In this document: one piece after another, positions 51,884-63,830 of the stretch
How positions within the stretch are numbered: position 1 is the first letter of the stretch
Layout: each line of letters opens with the position of its first letter
NCBI GenBank assembly: GCA_010909165.1
Contig: MU008190.1
Span: 62,001-126,000 of the forward strand
Direction: 5' to 3'
Origin: Anthoceros angustus
Taxonomy: Eukaryota; Plantae; Anthocerotophyta
DNA: 64,000 nt
The notes under the pieces: generated by a model
The model's input: only the letters and a program-made list of their open reading frames with translations
The model's database searches: none
Told to the model about the DNA's origin: nothing
Translations under genes and position numbers: made by a program

Positions 51884-53970
51884 GATTGGAAATGGAATGT
51901 TCATCGCAATTCCATGCTTCGGATACGCACAATGTGAGACCTTTTGGATCGGAAGAGTGGTGGAAGTGAAACATGATGCTTTCCGTCCGAGTCTAATGGT
52001 CCCTGATGCAGACGGAACATCACGCTTTCAAGGCGATATGTTGAGGAGTACATCGTCCGCGGACAAGGGCCCAAGCATCGGGAGAAGTCATCAAGGCAAG
52101 GGTCAAAGACCGTGTTCCCCAAAAACATACAAGAGATTTACATCAATGATACAAGAATATTGTACTATGGTTTCAACCTTACTACGGAAGCATTTATACG
52201 CCAACGACAAAAGGGCTATAAAGGAGAAGCTAAGCGAGATCTGGCGGCTTGATTGAACCCGGCCCGGTGAAGAGTGTCGGACAATAGCGATGAGGAGGAG
52301 GCGGATATTGACAACATGGATGATGTTGAGAAACTGTCTTGGAAGAACCCTAGGCGAACATGACTTGACATTGTCTTTGTTTATGGTCATTGTTCTAGAA
52401 GGGAATAATAAAAACCGTACACATCGGGCGGAGGCAAGACTCCTTTCTTGTCTTTTCGTTTTCATATGGTACACCACACTAGTGGTCGATCATCATGTCG
52501 CAACAACACTAAACAAAAGGCTTCGATAATTGTGTTTCACGATTGAAACCACGGTTGGAAGTTTGACAAGCGGCAAAGCGGCGCGAATCTCACCTTAATG
52601 CCGGCGATTGCGACTATCAATCGTTGCGGGTGGGTACAACGTCCAGTATGGCGCCGGCCGGCGCCTACACACCGAATAGCGCCCATAAAATGTGAAAGTT
52701 GCATATATAGGGATGATTTCTACCACCCTTTCCGTGTCAGTTCATACCCTCTCAAGTTTCACAGGGTACGGCGGGACATGATGCATAGGGTTTGAGGCCC
52801 ACAATGGTCTCAAATTCTAGAATGACCAAGTCTTTGTTCGATTGACCGGCCTGACTGGGGAAGTTAATGGGCTCTATTTCGACACTTCCACAGGTGTCTG
52901 CCTTTCCTAATACCATGCACACACCCTGGCGGGTCCATGAAACCGATGCTTCGCTCGGGTGCACACCCTACTTTTGTGTGAAATTATACGGTTTAGTGGA
53001 TCACGATTCCCAACCCATTGAAACCCCTTTGGTGTATATTATGCGGAAAACCCACGTATATTCACCCCTTGCAACTTTATCGTGTTGAATACGAGTAGGA
53101 CAATCGGGTCCAGTTGAATAATCCTCCACTCTTGGTTAGGAAGAAGATTCTAATTTATTTGGTTTAAAGGCAACAGAGGTGTGGCCCCATCTTAAAGAAG
53201 GGCTCTCGGCTTGCGTGCATATATTGCCGCAGATGAACATTTGTGGTGGGAGGCCTTGGGAGGACCAGCATGAGATTGCGGTTATCGTGGAGAACAACAT
53301 TGGCTGGCGCTCAAAAGCCACGGAAATGGTTTTCTAGGTCGGACGTTGAAGATACTGATCTGACCTTTGCGCTACAAATGAAAGCCTTCGACGCATTATT
53401 GAGGGAGCTTCCACGCGTGATATGTACTTGGGGCTTACCAAGTGGCTCGACACAAGAAATGGAGCGAATCGAATGGCGATGAGATTGGAAATGGAATGTT
53501 CATCGCAATTCCATGCTTGACTGACACGCACAATGAGACCTTTTGGATCGGAAGAGTGGTGGAAGTGAAACATGATGCTTTACGACCGAGTCTGCTGGTC
53601 CACTGGTACAGGACGGAACATACGGACGCTTATGAAGGACGATATGTTGAGGAGTACATCGTCCGCGGACAAGGGCCCAATCATCGAAGGGGCAGGTCAT
53701 CAAGGCAAGGGTCAAAGACCGTGTTCCCCAAAAACATACAAGAGATTCACATCAATGATACAGTAATATTGTACTATGGTTTCAACCTTACTACGCGGAA
53801 GCATTTATACGCCAAAGACAAAAGGGCTATAAAGGAGAAGCTAAGCGAGATCTGGCGGCTTGATTGAACCCGGCCGGTGAAGATGTGCATAACAGCGATG
53901 AGGAGGAGGCGGATATTGACAACATGGATGATGTTGATGGAAATCGTATGGAAGAACCCTAGGGCGAACA
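50450..53970 (+). mobile_element. C-terminal BAH/Tudor-like (SH3-fold) domain and acidic tail of the transposase gene, three copies
   Basis: IGNGMFIAIPC...ETFWIGRVVEV...LLVHWYR...YEGRYV...VILYYGFNLT...AIKEKL (best copy 53442-53867; others near 50450-50820 and 51870-52256). The fold call is by pattern only. Confidence 0.55.
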
Positions 53971-56900
53971 TGACTTGACATTGTCTTTGTTTATGGTTGT
54001 TGTTCTAGAAGGGAATAATAAAAACACATACATCGGGCGACCGGCGACTTTCTTGTCTTTTCGTTTTCATATGGTACACCACACTAGTGGTCAGTCATGT
54101 CGCAACAACACTAAACAAAAGGCTTCGATAATTGTGTTTCTGATTGAAACCACGGTTGGAAGTTTGACAAGCGGCAAAGCGGCGCGAATCTCGCCTTAAT
54201 GCCGGCGATTGCGACTATCAATCGTTGCGGGTGGGTACAACGTCGCTTTGCCCGATGTAAGCGCCCGCCTACCTACGAGAATGACGCCCATAAAATGTGA
54301 AAGTTGCATATATAGGGATGATTTCTACCACCCTTTCCGTGTCATTCATACCCTCTCAAGTTTCACAGTGCGGGACATGATGCATAGGGTTTGAGGCCCA
54401 CCATGGTGTCAAATTCTAGAATGACCAACTCTTTGTTCGATTGACCTACGGGAAGTTAATGGGCTCTATTTCGACACTTCCAGGTGTCCGCCTTTCCTAA
54501 TACCATGCACACACCAGGCGGGTCCATGAAACCGATGCTTCGCTCGGTGCACACCCTACTTTTCAGCAGGAAATTGTCCTGTGGATCAGATTCCCAACCC
54601 ATTGAAACCCCTTTGGTGTATATCAGACAGAAACCCCTTCACATATATTCACCCCTTGCAACTTTATCGTGTTGAATACAGGAGTAGGACAATCTGGGTC
54701 CCAGTTGAATAATCCTCCACTCTTGGTTAGGAAGAAAGATTCTAATTTATTTAGTTTAAAAGAGTTTCGGCAAATGCCATGATGTAGAACAACAGTCTTA
54801 AGTGGTGTCAACTATTGAATTGCCTAGTTTAAAGAGTTTTGGCAGTGACCACCACAGAAAGGAGGCCTCAAATCGTGTGGTTGTGATAGGCTTTTGCACT
54901 CCTTAATTAACCTCGGAAGTCCTTGCCCATAGCCCCATGAGTCTCAGGCGGGGGATGGCTATGTCGCCTTGCATAGGAGTACTTGTGAGTCTTGCTGGTT
55001 GTGCATCCTTCCGCCACCCAGCTCGGGGGTTGATGATGGCCTCGCATATATAAGTCTCGTGGGATTCGTGACAACCACATCGTGATGTAAATTTGCTCCC
55101 CTAATATAAAAGGTCCGCGTGGTGACACACCATTACACAATGTATATAGAGCTCCTTATGCGGAAAAAATCCGCTCTCCTTAGTTATCGAAAACATGGCG
55201 TGTCGGACAATAGCGATGAGGAGGCGGATATTGACAACATGGATGATGTTGATGGAAACGTGTCTTGGAAGAACCCTAGGGCGAACATGACTTGACATTG
55301 TCTTTGTTTATGGTTGTTCTAGAAGGGAATAATAAAAACCACATACACATCGGGCGGTGGGCGTACTCCTTTCTTGTCTTTTCGTTTTCATATGGTACAC
55401 CACACTAGTGGTCGATCATCATGTCGCAACAACACTAAACAAAAGGCTTGATAATTGTGTTTCTGATTGAAACCACGGTTGGAAGTTTGACAAGCGGCAA
55501 AGCGGCGCGAATCTCGCCTTAATGCCGGCGATTGCGACTATCAATCGTTGCGGGTGGGTACAACGTCGCTTTGCCGCAGCGCCGCGTACCACGAAATAAT
55601 ATAAAATGTGAAAGTTGCATATATAGGGATGATTTCTACCACCCTTTCCGTGGGTTCATACCCTCTCAAGTTTCACAGTGCAGGCGGACATGATGCATAG
55701 GGTTTGAGGCCCACCATGGTGTCAAATTCTAGAATGACCAACTCTTTGTTCGATTGACCGGCTGGTAGGGGAAGTTAATGGGCTCTATTTGACACTTCCA
55801 CGGTGTCCGCCTTTCCTAATACCATGCACACACCAGGCGGGTCCATGAAACCGATGCTTCGCTCGGGTGCACACCCTACTTTTCGGTGTGAAATTACGAT
55901 TTAGTGGATCACGATTCCCAACCCATTGAAACCCCTTTGGTGTATATTATGCGGAAACCCCTTCACATATTCACCTTGCAACTTTATCGTGTTGAATACG
56001 AGTAGGATGCAGGTCCAGTTGAATAATCCTCCACTCTTGGTTAGGAAGAAAGATTCTAATTTATTTAGTTTAAAAGAGTTTCGGCAAATGCCATGATGTA
56101 GAACAACAGTCTTAAGTGGTGTCAACTATTGAATTGCCTAGTTTAAAAGAGTTTTGGCCAGCGAAAGAAAGCCACCACAGAGGAAAGGGGGAGGCCCCTC
56201 CAAATCGTGTGGTTGTGATAGGCTTTTGCACACTCCTTAATTAACCTACAGAAGTCCTTGCCCATAGCCCCATGAGTCTCAAGGGCGAGGGGGATGAAAA
56301 CATAGTCGCCTTGCATAGGAGAGTACTTGTGAGTCTTGCTGGTTGTGCATCCTTCCGCCACCCAGCTCGGGGGGTTGATGATGGCCTCGCATATATAGGG
56401 ATGATTTCTACCACCCTTTCCGTGTCATTCATACCCTCTCAAGTTTCACAGTGCGGGACATGATGCATAGGGTTTGAGGCCCACCATGGTGTCAAATTCT
56501 AGAATGACCAACTCTTTGTTCGATTGACTGGGGGAAGTTAATGGGCTCTATTTCGACACTTCCACGGTGTCTCGCCTTTCCTAATACCATGCACACACAC
56601 ACCAGGCGGGTCCATGAAACCGATGCTTCGCTCGGGTGCACACCCTACTACGGTGTGAAATTATGCGTTTAGTGGATCACGATTCCCAACCCATTGGAAA
56701 CCCCTTTGGTGTATATTGTGAAACCCCTTCACATATATTCACCCCTTGCAACTTTATCGTGTTGAATACGAGTAGGACAATCGGGTCCAGTTGAATAATC
56801 CTCCACTCTTGGTTAGGAAGAAGATTCTAATTTATTTAGTTTAAAGAGTTTGAATGCCATGATGTAGAACAACAGTCTTAAGTGGTGTCAACTATTGAAT

Positions 56901-58066
56901 TGCCTAGTTTAAAGAGTTTTGGCAGTGACCACCACGGAGGAAGGGAGGCCCTCAAATCGTGTGGTTGTGATAGGCTTTTGCACTCCTTAATTAACCTCTG
57001 AGTCCTTGCCCATGGCCCCATGAGTCTCAGGCGAGGGATGGCTATAGTCGCCTTGCATAGGAGAGTACTTGTGAGTCTTGCTGGTTGTGCATCCTTCCGC
57101 CACCCAGCTCGGGGGGTTGATGATGACGCGCTCGCATATAGAGTCTCTCGTGGGATTCGTGACAACCACATCAGCGATGTAAATTTGCTCCCCCTAATAT
57201 AAAAAAGGTCCGCCGTGAGTGACACACCATTACACAATGTATATGGGCGCTCCTTGTACGGAAAAAATCCGCTCTCCTTAGTTATCGAAAACATGACGTC
57301 GCGTAGCAATTTGTTGCCACCCACAGGACAACGAGCCAAATGGGATCCGGAATCGTCGATGGCAACTCCACAACTGCACGTGGGAAGAGAAGAGGCCAGA
57401 GGATGAGCCAAACCGAGGCGGACCCTCATCGCGGTAGAATGGGGCGGCAGCACGATTGAGCTTATGGTAAAGCCGAGCCAAAATCCGGGGAGCCCCCTTC
57501 CCGAGAGCGAGGAGCGTGGGCGGGCCTACAAAGACTTGGGAATGGAGGAGTCCTAAGGAGGGCCCCTTTAGTAAATATTGCTTCTCTGGAGGCTTGAAGG
57601 CCCCGCATCCTTCCTTAGAGAAAGGAAAAGGAGGCATGGCTGCCTCCGAGGAAAAGGAGTCCCTAGCCGCTGAGAGACACGGAGGAAGGCCCCTCCTCAA
57701 CACTCATGATGAAGGCTTCCAAAGTCACACATTAAGAACCGAGAGGCCAAAATTAGGCGGAGAGGGCCCAACTCCCAGGAAAGGCTATAGGGCCGAGGCC
57801 TCCATGGCGATGGCGGTGCCTCCAAAGGCCCCTTTGTGATAGCCTTGTTGCGCCAAGTCACCGTTGGTGCATTCGAGAAGTCTTGGGACCTATAATGTAC
57901 CCAAGTGCCTGCATAACCTGCTTATCAAAATGTCTCAAGCTTGATAAGAAGGCCGGGGATGGAGCAACCATCCAGGTAAGATAACCTGGTCCACGTGCGC
58001 AGTAGAAAACAAAATACCAAACGCATTATGAGGGTTCCCAATTTGTGAAAGGTCCCCAAGGTGAGC
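52700..58066 (-). mobile_element. CRE-clade non-LTR retrotransposon: RT thumb region, zinc knuckle, restriction-like endonuclease and 3' UTR, in repeated overlapping segments interleaved with transposon pieces
   Basis: RLSYL...SLRHFDKQV...AFLGSWAL; AMRVRLGLAHP...CSCG...GSHLARC; TADL; HKY...LALETHGAMG. The 3' UTR is repeated four times (near 52700, 54310, 55620 and 56390). Confidence 0.85.
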
Positions 58067-61000
58067 TGTGGACAACGGACTCTCCTTGGGGTTAGGAAAT
58101 AAGCTGGGTTTGCTTTTTTTCGTAGGTATGGAGTGTAAAATAAGGCGGAAAGGGAGAAACAAGCCAGATTGTACTGGTTGTACTCAGCACTCTGGACTCG
58201 GGTTGGTGAAAGGACTCTAGAGCACACTCGGGAGGACCTCAGGACCACCTGCCGGAGTATCGGGATAAGTCCGGACCCCACTCGGTCGAGCAGGATAAAT
58301 CGCCAAGTAAAGTAACTTAGAAGTTGGGCGTGATTTAGGCAGTGAGCCACGTGGGCGTTGCAGTGGTGAGCGGGCATGCGGCAAGCCAGGACCGTAGGGT
58401 TGCCAGTGGCCGTTATAGGTAGGTATTCATGCTCCGGAGTGCAGTGGCGGGGTAAGGCTGAAATGCGGCCTGGGCGAGTAAGCGGCGGCATAAGGCGAGT
58501 AAGCCATGCGAGGCCTCGACACTTACAGGCGTGAGCCGCCCTTCCGGCGTGGTTATTCTCGGCGAAGAGAAGTGAGCGAAGGTCATTCCTTCAAACAACC
58601 TCGACGATTTTCACACTCTCTTGCTTTTCGAGACACCGGCTCTCGGCGTTGTCTTTTCGAGCACTCGAGGCACCCTTCCGGCAGCTCGACTCGGTTATGC
58701 AGCGGTAGCGCGGAAGAACAGTTATGCCGGAGCCCCAAGTCTCAGCAATGAGGAGGGCCTTGAGGATGGGACCAAAAGCGGCGGAGGTGTGGGGAGCCAT
58801 GGCGCTGGTGGAGCGCAACATCGTCTGCGCTACCGGACTTGATCCGTGGGTGGAGGAGGCGGAGGAGCTCGTGGAGGAATGGCACTGGACATTTTCCAGT
58901 ATGCGGACCTTGACAGCGTCACCCTAGTCCGAATGCGCTTGGGAAAATGTTGGCAGCGGCCAACAAGGAGGTCGATCCAAGAACTGCGGGAGGACCCGGA
59001 GGTGGGCCGTGGAGGTCGTGAGGGCGATGCAAAGTGGGAGGAAGTTGTGCGGGCCCCACGAAGGAGAAGGGAAGGTGGAAGCGGCGGGCGGCCCTCTTGC
59101 GACCGGGCAGCGATCATCAAAATGGGTGGGCGATGCCGGACCTCACAGGCGGGGAGGTGCGTCGATGGCAACTCCTGGCGCGTGGGAAGAGAAGAGGCGG
59201 AGGATGAGCCAAACCGGGCGGACCCCTCGCCAGCGGTAGAATGGGAATGACTGGCGATTAGACTGGAATGGTAGAGCCAAAATCCGAGCACCTTCCCGAG
59301 AGCGAGGAGCGTGGGCGGGCCTACAAAGACTTAGGAATGGAGGAGTCCTAAGGAGGGCCCTTTCTTTGTAAAATATTGCTTCTCTGGAGGCTTGAAGGCC
59401 ACGCATCCCTTCCTTAGAGAAAGGAAAGGAGGCATGGCTTCCTAGCCTCCGAGGAAAAGGAGTCCCTAGCCGCTGAGAGAGACACGGAGGAAGGCCCCTC
59501 CTCAACACTCATGATGAAGGCTTCCAAAGTCACACATTAAGAACCGAGAGGCCAAAATTAGGTAGGAGGGCCCAACTCCCAGGACTGCGGGCCAGGGCCT
59601 CCATGGCGATGGCGGTGCCTCCAAAAGGCCAGCAGCAATGGCCGCTTCTGCGCCAAGTCACCGTTGGTGCATTCGAAGGTGCCGGGACCTATAATGTACC
59701 CAAGTGCCTGCATAACCTGCTTATCAAAATGTCTCAAGCTTGATAAGAAGGCCGGGGATGGAGCAACCATCCAGGTAAGATAACTTTAGTCCGTCTTGTG
59801 ATGAAAACAAAATACCAAACGCATTATGAGGGTTCCCAATTTGTGAAAGGTCCCAAGGTGAAATTTGTGGACATGGACGGACTCTCCTTGGGGTTAGAAA
59901 TAAAATTTGGGTTTGCTTTTTTAGGTATGGAGTGTAAAATAAAGGCGGAAAGGAGAAACAAGCCGCATACTCGTTGTACTCAGCCTCTGGACTCGGGTTG
60001 GTGAAAGGACTCTAGAGCACACTCGGGAGGACCTCCGGACCACGCCGGAGTATCGGGATAAGTCCGGACCCCACTCGGTCGAGCAGGATAAATCGCCAAG
60101 TAAAGTAACTTAGTTGGGCGTGATTTAGGCAGGCGAGCCACGTGGGCGTTGCGGTGGTGAGCGGGCATGCAGCCCGGGGCCGTGGGGTTGCCGGTGGCCG
60201 TTATAGGTAGGTATTCAAGAGTGCGGCGGGGTAAGGCTGGCTGAGCGAGGCGGCCTAAGGCCGGAGTAAGCAAAGTAAGGCGAGTAAGCCATGCGGGCCT
60301 GCACTTACAGGCAGTGAGCCGCCCGCCGGCGTGGTTATTCTCGCGAAGAGAAGTGAGACGAAGGTCATTCCTTCAAACAACCTCGCGACGATTTTCACAC
60401 TCTCTTGCGCTCAGACACCCGGCTCTCTGGCGTTGTCTTTTCGAGCACTCAGGCACCCTTCCGCGCGGCTCGACTCGGTTGGCAAAGCGGTAGCGCGGTG
60501 AAGGACGAGAGATTGTGGAGCCCCAAGTCTCAAGCGGCCGGCGAGAAGGGGCCTTGAGGATGGGACCAAAAGCGGCGGAGGTGTAGGAGCCATGGCGCTG
60601 GTGGAGCATAACACATCGTCACCAAGCGCTACCGGACTTGATCCGTGGGTGGAGGAGGCGGAGGAGCTCGTGGAGGAATGGCACTGGACATTTTCGGTAT
60701 GCGGACCCCACGGCGTCACCTAGTCGAGATGCGGGAAAATGTTGCGGCCAACAAGGAGGTCGATCCAAGAACTGCGGGAGGACCCGGAGGTGGGCCGTGG
60801 AGGTCGTGAGGGCGATGCAAAGTGGGAGGAAGTTGTGCGGGCCCCACGAAGGAGAAGGGAAGGTGGAAGCGGCGGGCGGCCCTCTTGCGACCGGGCAGCG
60901 ATCATCAAAATGGGTGGGCGATGTCGGACCTCACAGGCGGGGAGGTGCGATCGATGGCGAAGATTATAGTCCACTTTGGAACATGCTTGACCAAGGTGGA

Positions 61001-63100
61001 CCACCTTGGAGACAATTCTTTGGTGTTCCTCCACGACCTCCAAAAAGGAAAGCAGCGCCGACTAGGCGGAATAATTTCGCGGATCAACCGGGAGGCGGAG
61101 GCGGGAAGCCACCACGCCTCCGGCGTTATCGCCGTTTTGATCCATGTGTGGGGGCACGCGAACCTCACGAAGGAGGTGAGGAGGAGAGCACTCGGAAAGG
61201 GCGCCGCCTGGGAGGCGGAAGGAAAGTGCAGGAGGAGGCCCGTCCGGTCGAGCAAGAGGTCGGAGGAGGGCGGCGGGAGGATTTCGGACTCCATACATCT
61301 AGGCGGACCCCACCCACACAAAGTGTGGGAGGACATCCCAGCTTCTCTCTCCCAGTGCCCCCACCGGGGCGACAGCCTTGAGGCGGCCACGGGGCCAGGA
61401 GTTGGCGGTTCCGGCTCGGCGGTCAGCCAACAACGGCAGTGCTGAGCCCGGCGGACTGCGAGGCGGAGGCGGAAAGGGCTGGCGCCTACCACAGCACCGG
61501 GGCCGTGGGGTTGCCGGTGGCCGTTATAGGTATTCATGCTCACGGAGTCTGGCGGGGTAAGGCTGAAATGCGGCCTAAGGCCGAGTAAGCGGCGGCATAA
61601 GGCGAGTAAGCCATGCGGGCCTCGGCACTTACAGGCGTGAGCCGCCCGCCACGTGGTTATTCTCGGCGAAGAGAAGTGAGACGAAGGTCATTCCTTCAAA
61701 CAACCTCGCGACGATTTTCACACTCTCTTGCGCTCAGACACCCGGCTCTCTGGCGTTGTCTTTTCGAGCACTCAGGCACCCTTCCGCGCGGCTCGACTCG
61801 GTTGGCAGCGGTAGCGCGGTGAAGGACGAGAGATTGTGGAGCCCCAAGTCTCAACAGCGGGGCAGAAGGAGCGCGAGGATGGGACCAAAAGCGGCGGAGG
61901 TGTAGGAGCCATGGCGCTGGTGGAGCATAACATCGTCACCAAGCTACCGGACTTGATCGGTCGTGGGTGGAGGAGGCGGAGGAGCTCGTGGAGGAATGGC
62001 ACTGGACATTTTCCAGTATGCGGACCTTGACAGCGTCACCTAGTCGAGAATGCGGGAAAATGTTGCGGCGGCCAACAAGGAGGTCCGATCCAAGAACCTG
62101 CGGGAGGACCCCAGGAGGTGGACCGTGGAGGTCGTGAGGACAGTCTACAAGAGAAGTGGGAGGAAGTTGTACCGGAGCCCCTGAAGGAGAAGGGGAAGGT
62201 GGAAGCGGCCAGGGCGGCCCTCTTGCGACCCGGAACGCAGCGATCATCAAATGGGTGGCTGATGTCGGACCTCCTGGACAGGAGGGTGCGATCAGTGGCG
62301 AAGATTATAGTCCACTGGAACATGCTGACCAAGGTGGACCACCTTGGAGACAATTTGCTGGTGTTCCTCCACGACCTCCAGAAAGGGAAACGCGCCGACT
62401 GGGGCAGAATAATTTTCGCCCGGATCAACCAGGAGGCTCATGTTTGAGGTCTGACCACCGTCGGCGTTATCGCCGTTTTGATCCATGTGTGGGGGCGCGA
62501 ACCTCACGAAGGAGGAGGTGAGGAGGCAGCACTCGGAAAGGGCTGGCGCCCGGGAGGCGGAAGGAAGAGTGCGAGGCGGAGGCCCGTCCGGTCCGGAGCA
62601 AGAGGTCGGGAGGAGGAGCGGGAGGATTTCGGACTCCATACATCTAGGCGGACCCCTCGCCACCTAGGGAAGTGTGGGAGGACATCCCGCTTCTCTCCTC
62701 ACAGTGCCCCGGGGCCGGCCCAGGCGGCCACGGGGCAGGGAGTTGGCGGTTCCGGCTCGGCGGTCAGCCAACAACGGCAGTGAGCCCGGCGGACTGCGAG
62801 GCGGAGGAGGCGGAGGCGGAAGCCAGCCTGACACCGGGGCGCGTGCCTCGCCTGCGGGTGGCAAGAAGCGGAGGAAGGCGTCTGAAGGCGGAAAGGGGCC
62901 GCCCAAGGAGGCGGAGGCCAGCGATGGTGTCCTCGGAGGCGGAGGCCCGTCACCTTCCCACGGGAGATGCAAAGGGGCCAGCTCGGACGCCTTCACCACC
63001 TCAGGGCCTCGGAGGAGAGGCGGAGAAGGAGTTAGCGGCCAAGAGGGCCAAGGAAGGCGAGGCTCGGACCCACGGCCTCGGGACACGAGGGTCTGATTAG
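58067..63100 (+). mobile_element. LTR-like element inserted in the CRE element, carrying an uncharacterised ORF (start MGPKAA at 58766); three overlapping copies, with a repeated CRE segment at about 59165-59865
   Basis: Starts with TGTGGACA at 58067 and again at 59866, each time exactly interrupting CRE coding sequence. ORF motifs are LVERNIV...DPWVEEAEELVEEW, WNMLTKVDHLGDNLLVFLHDL and DWGRIIFARINQE. Confidence 0.7.
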
Positions 63101-63830
63101 GTCCCGGAGAGCATCTTCTCGGGAGAAATAATCTGGTGGTCATAAGCGTACTGACGGTGTCACCCGAGGAGAGTCGAGTCTTGGAGAGGACCCACCAAAA
63201 GGCACTGTCTGAACAAAAAGCTCTTGAGCCGGTCGAAGGTATCACTGTGGAATCTCATCAGGGGGCGGATGAAGGGCATGGAGCGCGGCGATGGTGTCCT
63301 CGGAGGCCGGTGCCACCGGCTGGGAGGCCGAGGCCTAGGCCAGCGTACTCACCATTCAGGCCAACATATAACACCTTGAGCGCCTTACCGGTGGGACAAA
63401 CCTTGTCGATGTTGGCCAACCCTAGTTAACCTAGATCTTGCCGCCAAAAGATCCTCTTCCTGTAGAGCCTTTCAATCCCCCACCTGAAAGCGGCGGAGGC
63501 GGGAAGCCACCTCCCTATGGCCCGAAGGACCGCCCCTAGAGCATCGAAGACACCACCTAGGAAGGAAAAGGAAAAGAGTCCAAGCCTCCTCATCCCCGGG
63601 GTCCCGCGCAAGGCGATCCAATGGAAGGCGGTACGCAAGGCGAACATCATCGTGAAGACGCCTCGGGAGCCACCAAAAAAGACGGGGGCTCGGAAAACGA
63701 GTGTGAAACAACGCCAGCATGTGGTTCGACTACCTCCGAAGCCACTCCTAAGACTCTGGCGGCAGCCCAAGGGAGGCTAGGAAGAGGATTGGGTGTTCTT
63801 GCCGGAAGAAGAATCAAGCACTACAAGCCT
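63100..63830 (-). mobile_element. N-terminal (pre-RT) region of the CRE-clade ORF; the RT core is missing from the window copy
   Basis: DEEAWTLFLFLPRWCLR...RGG...RLRRFQVGD and VAPASEDTIAALHALHP, which are typical of the CRE pre-RT region. No QGDPL or YxDD core was found between 59866 and 63100. Confidence 0.75.

Noticed and set aside
36905-53086. The inverted 22-bp motif as TIRs of the MTase/transposase element
   Set aside because: The right-hand copies sit at a fixed position inside the CRE 3' UTR, similarity does not extend far, and no TSD is visible.
58591-58821. Minus-strand ORF (FGPILKALLIAETW), and similar ORFs at 60411-60719 and 62036-62428, read as the CRE RT core
   Set aside because: Protein-level conservation with 26721-27227 is on the opposite strand, and no QGDPL or YxDD motif is present. 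These are antisense shadows.
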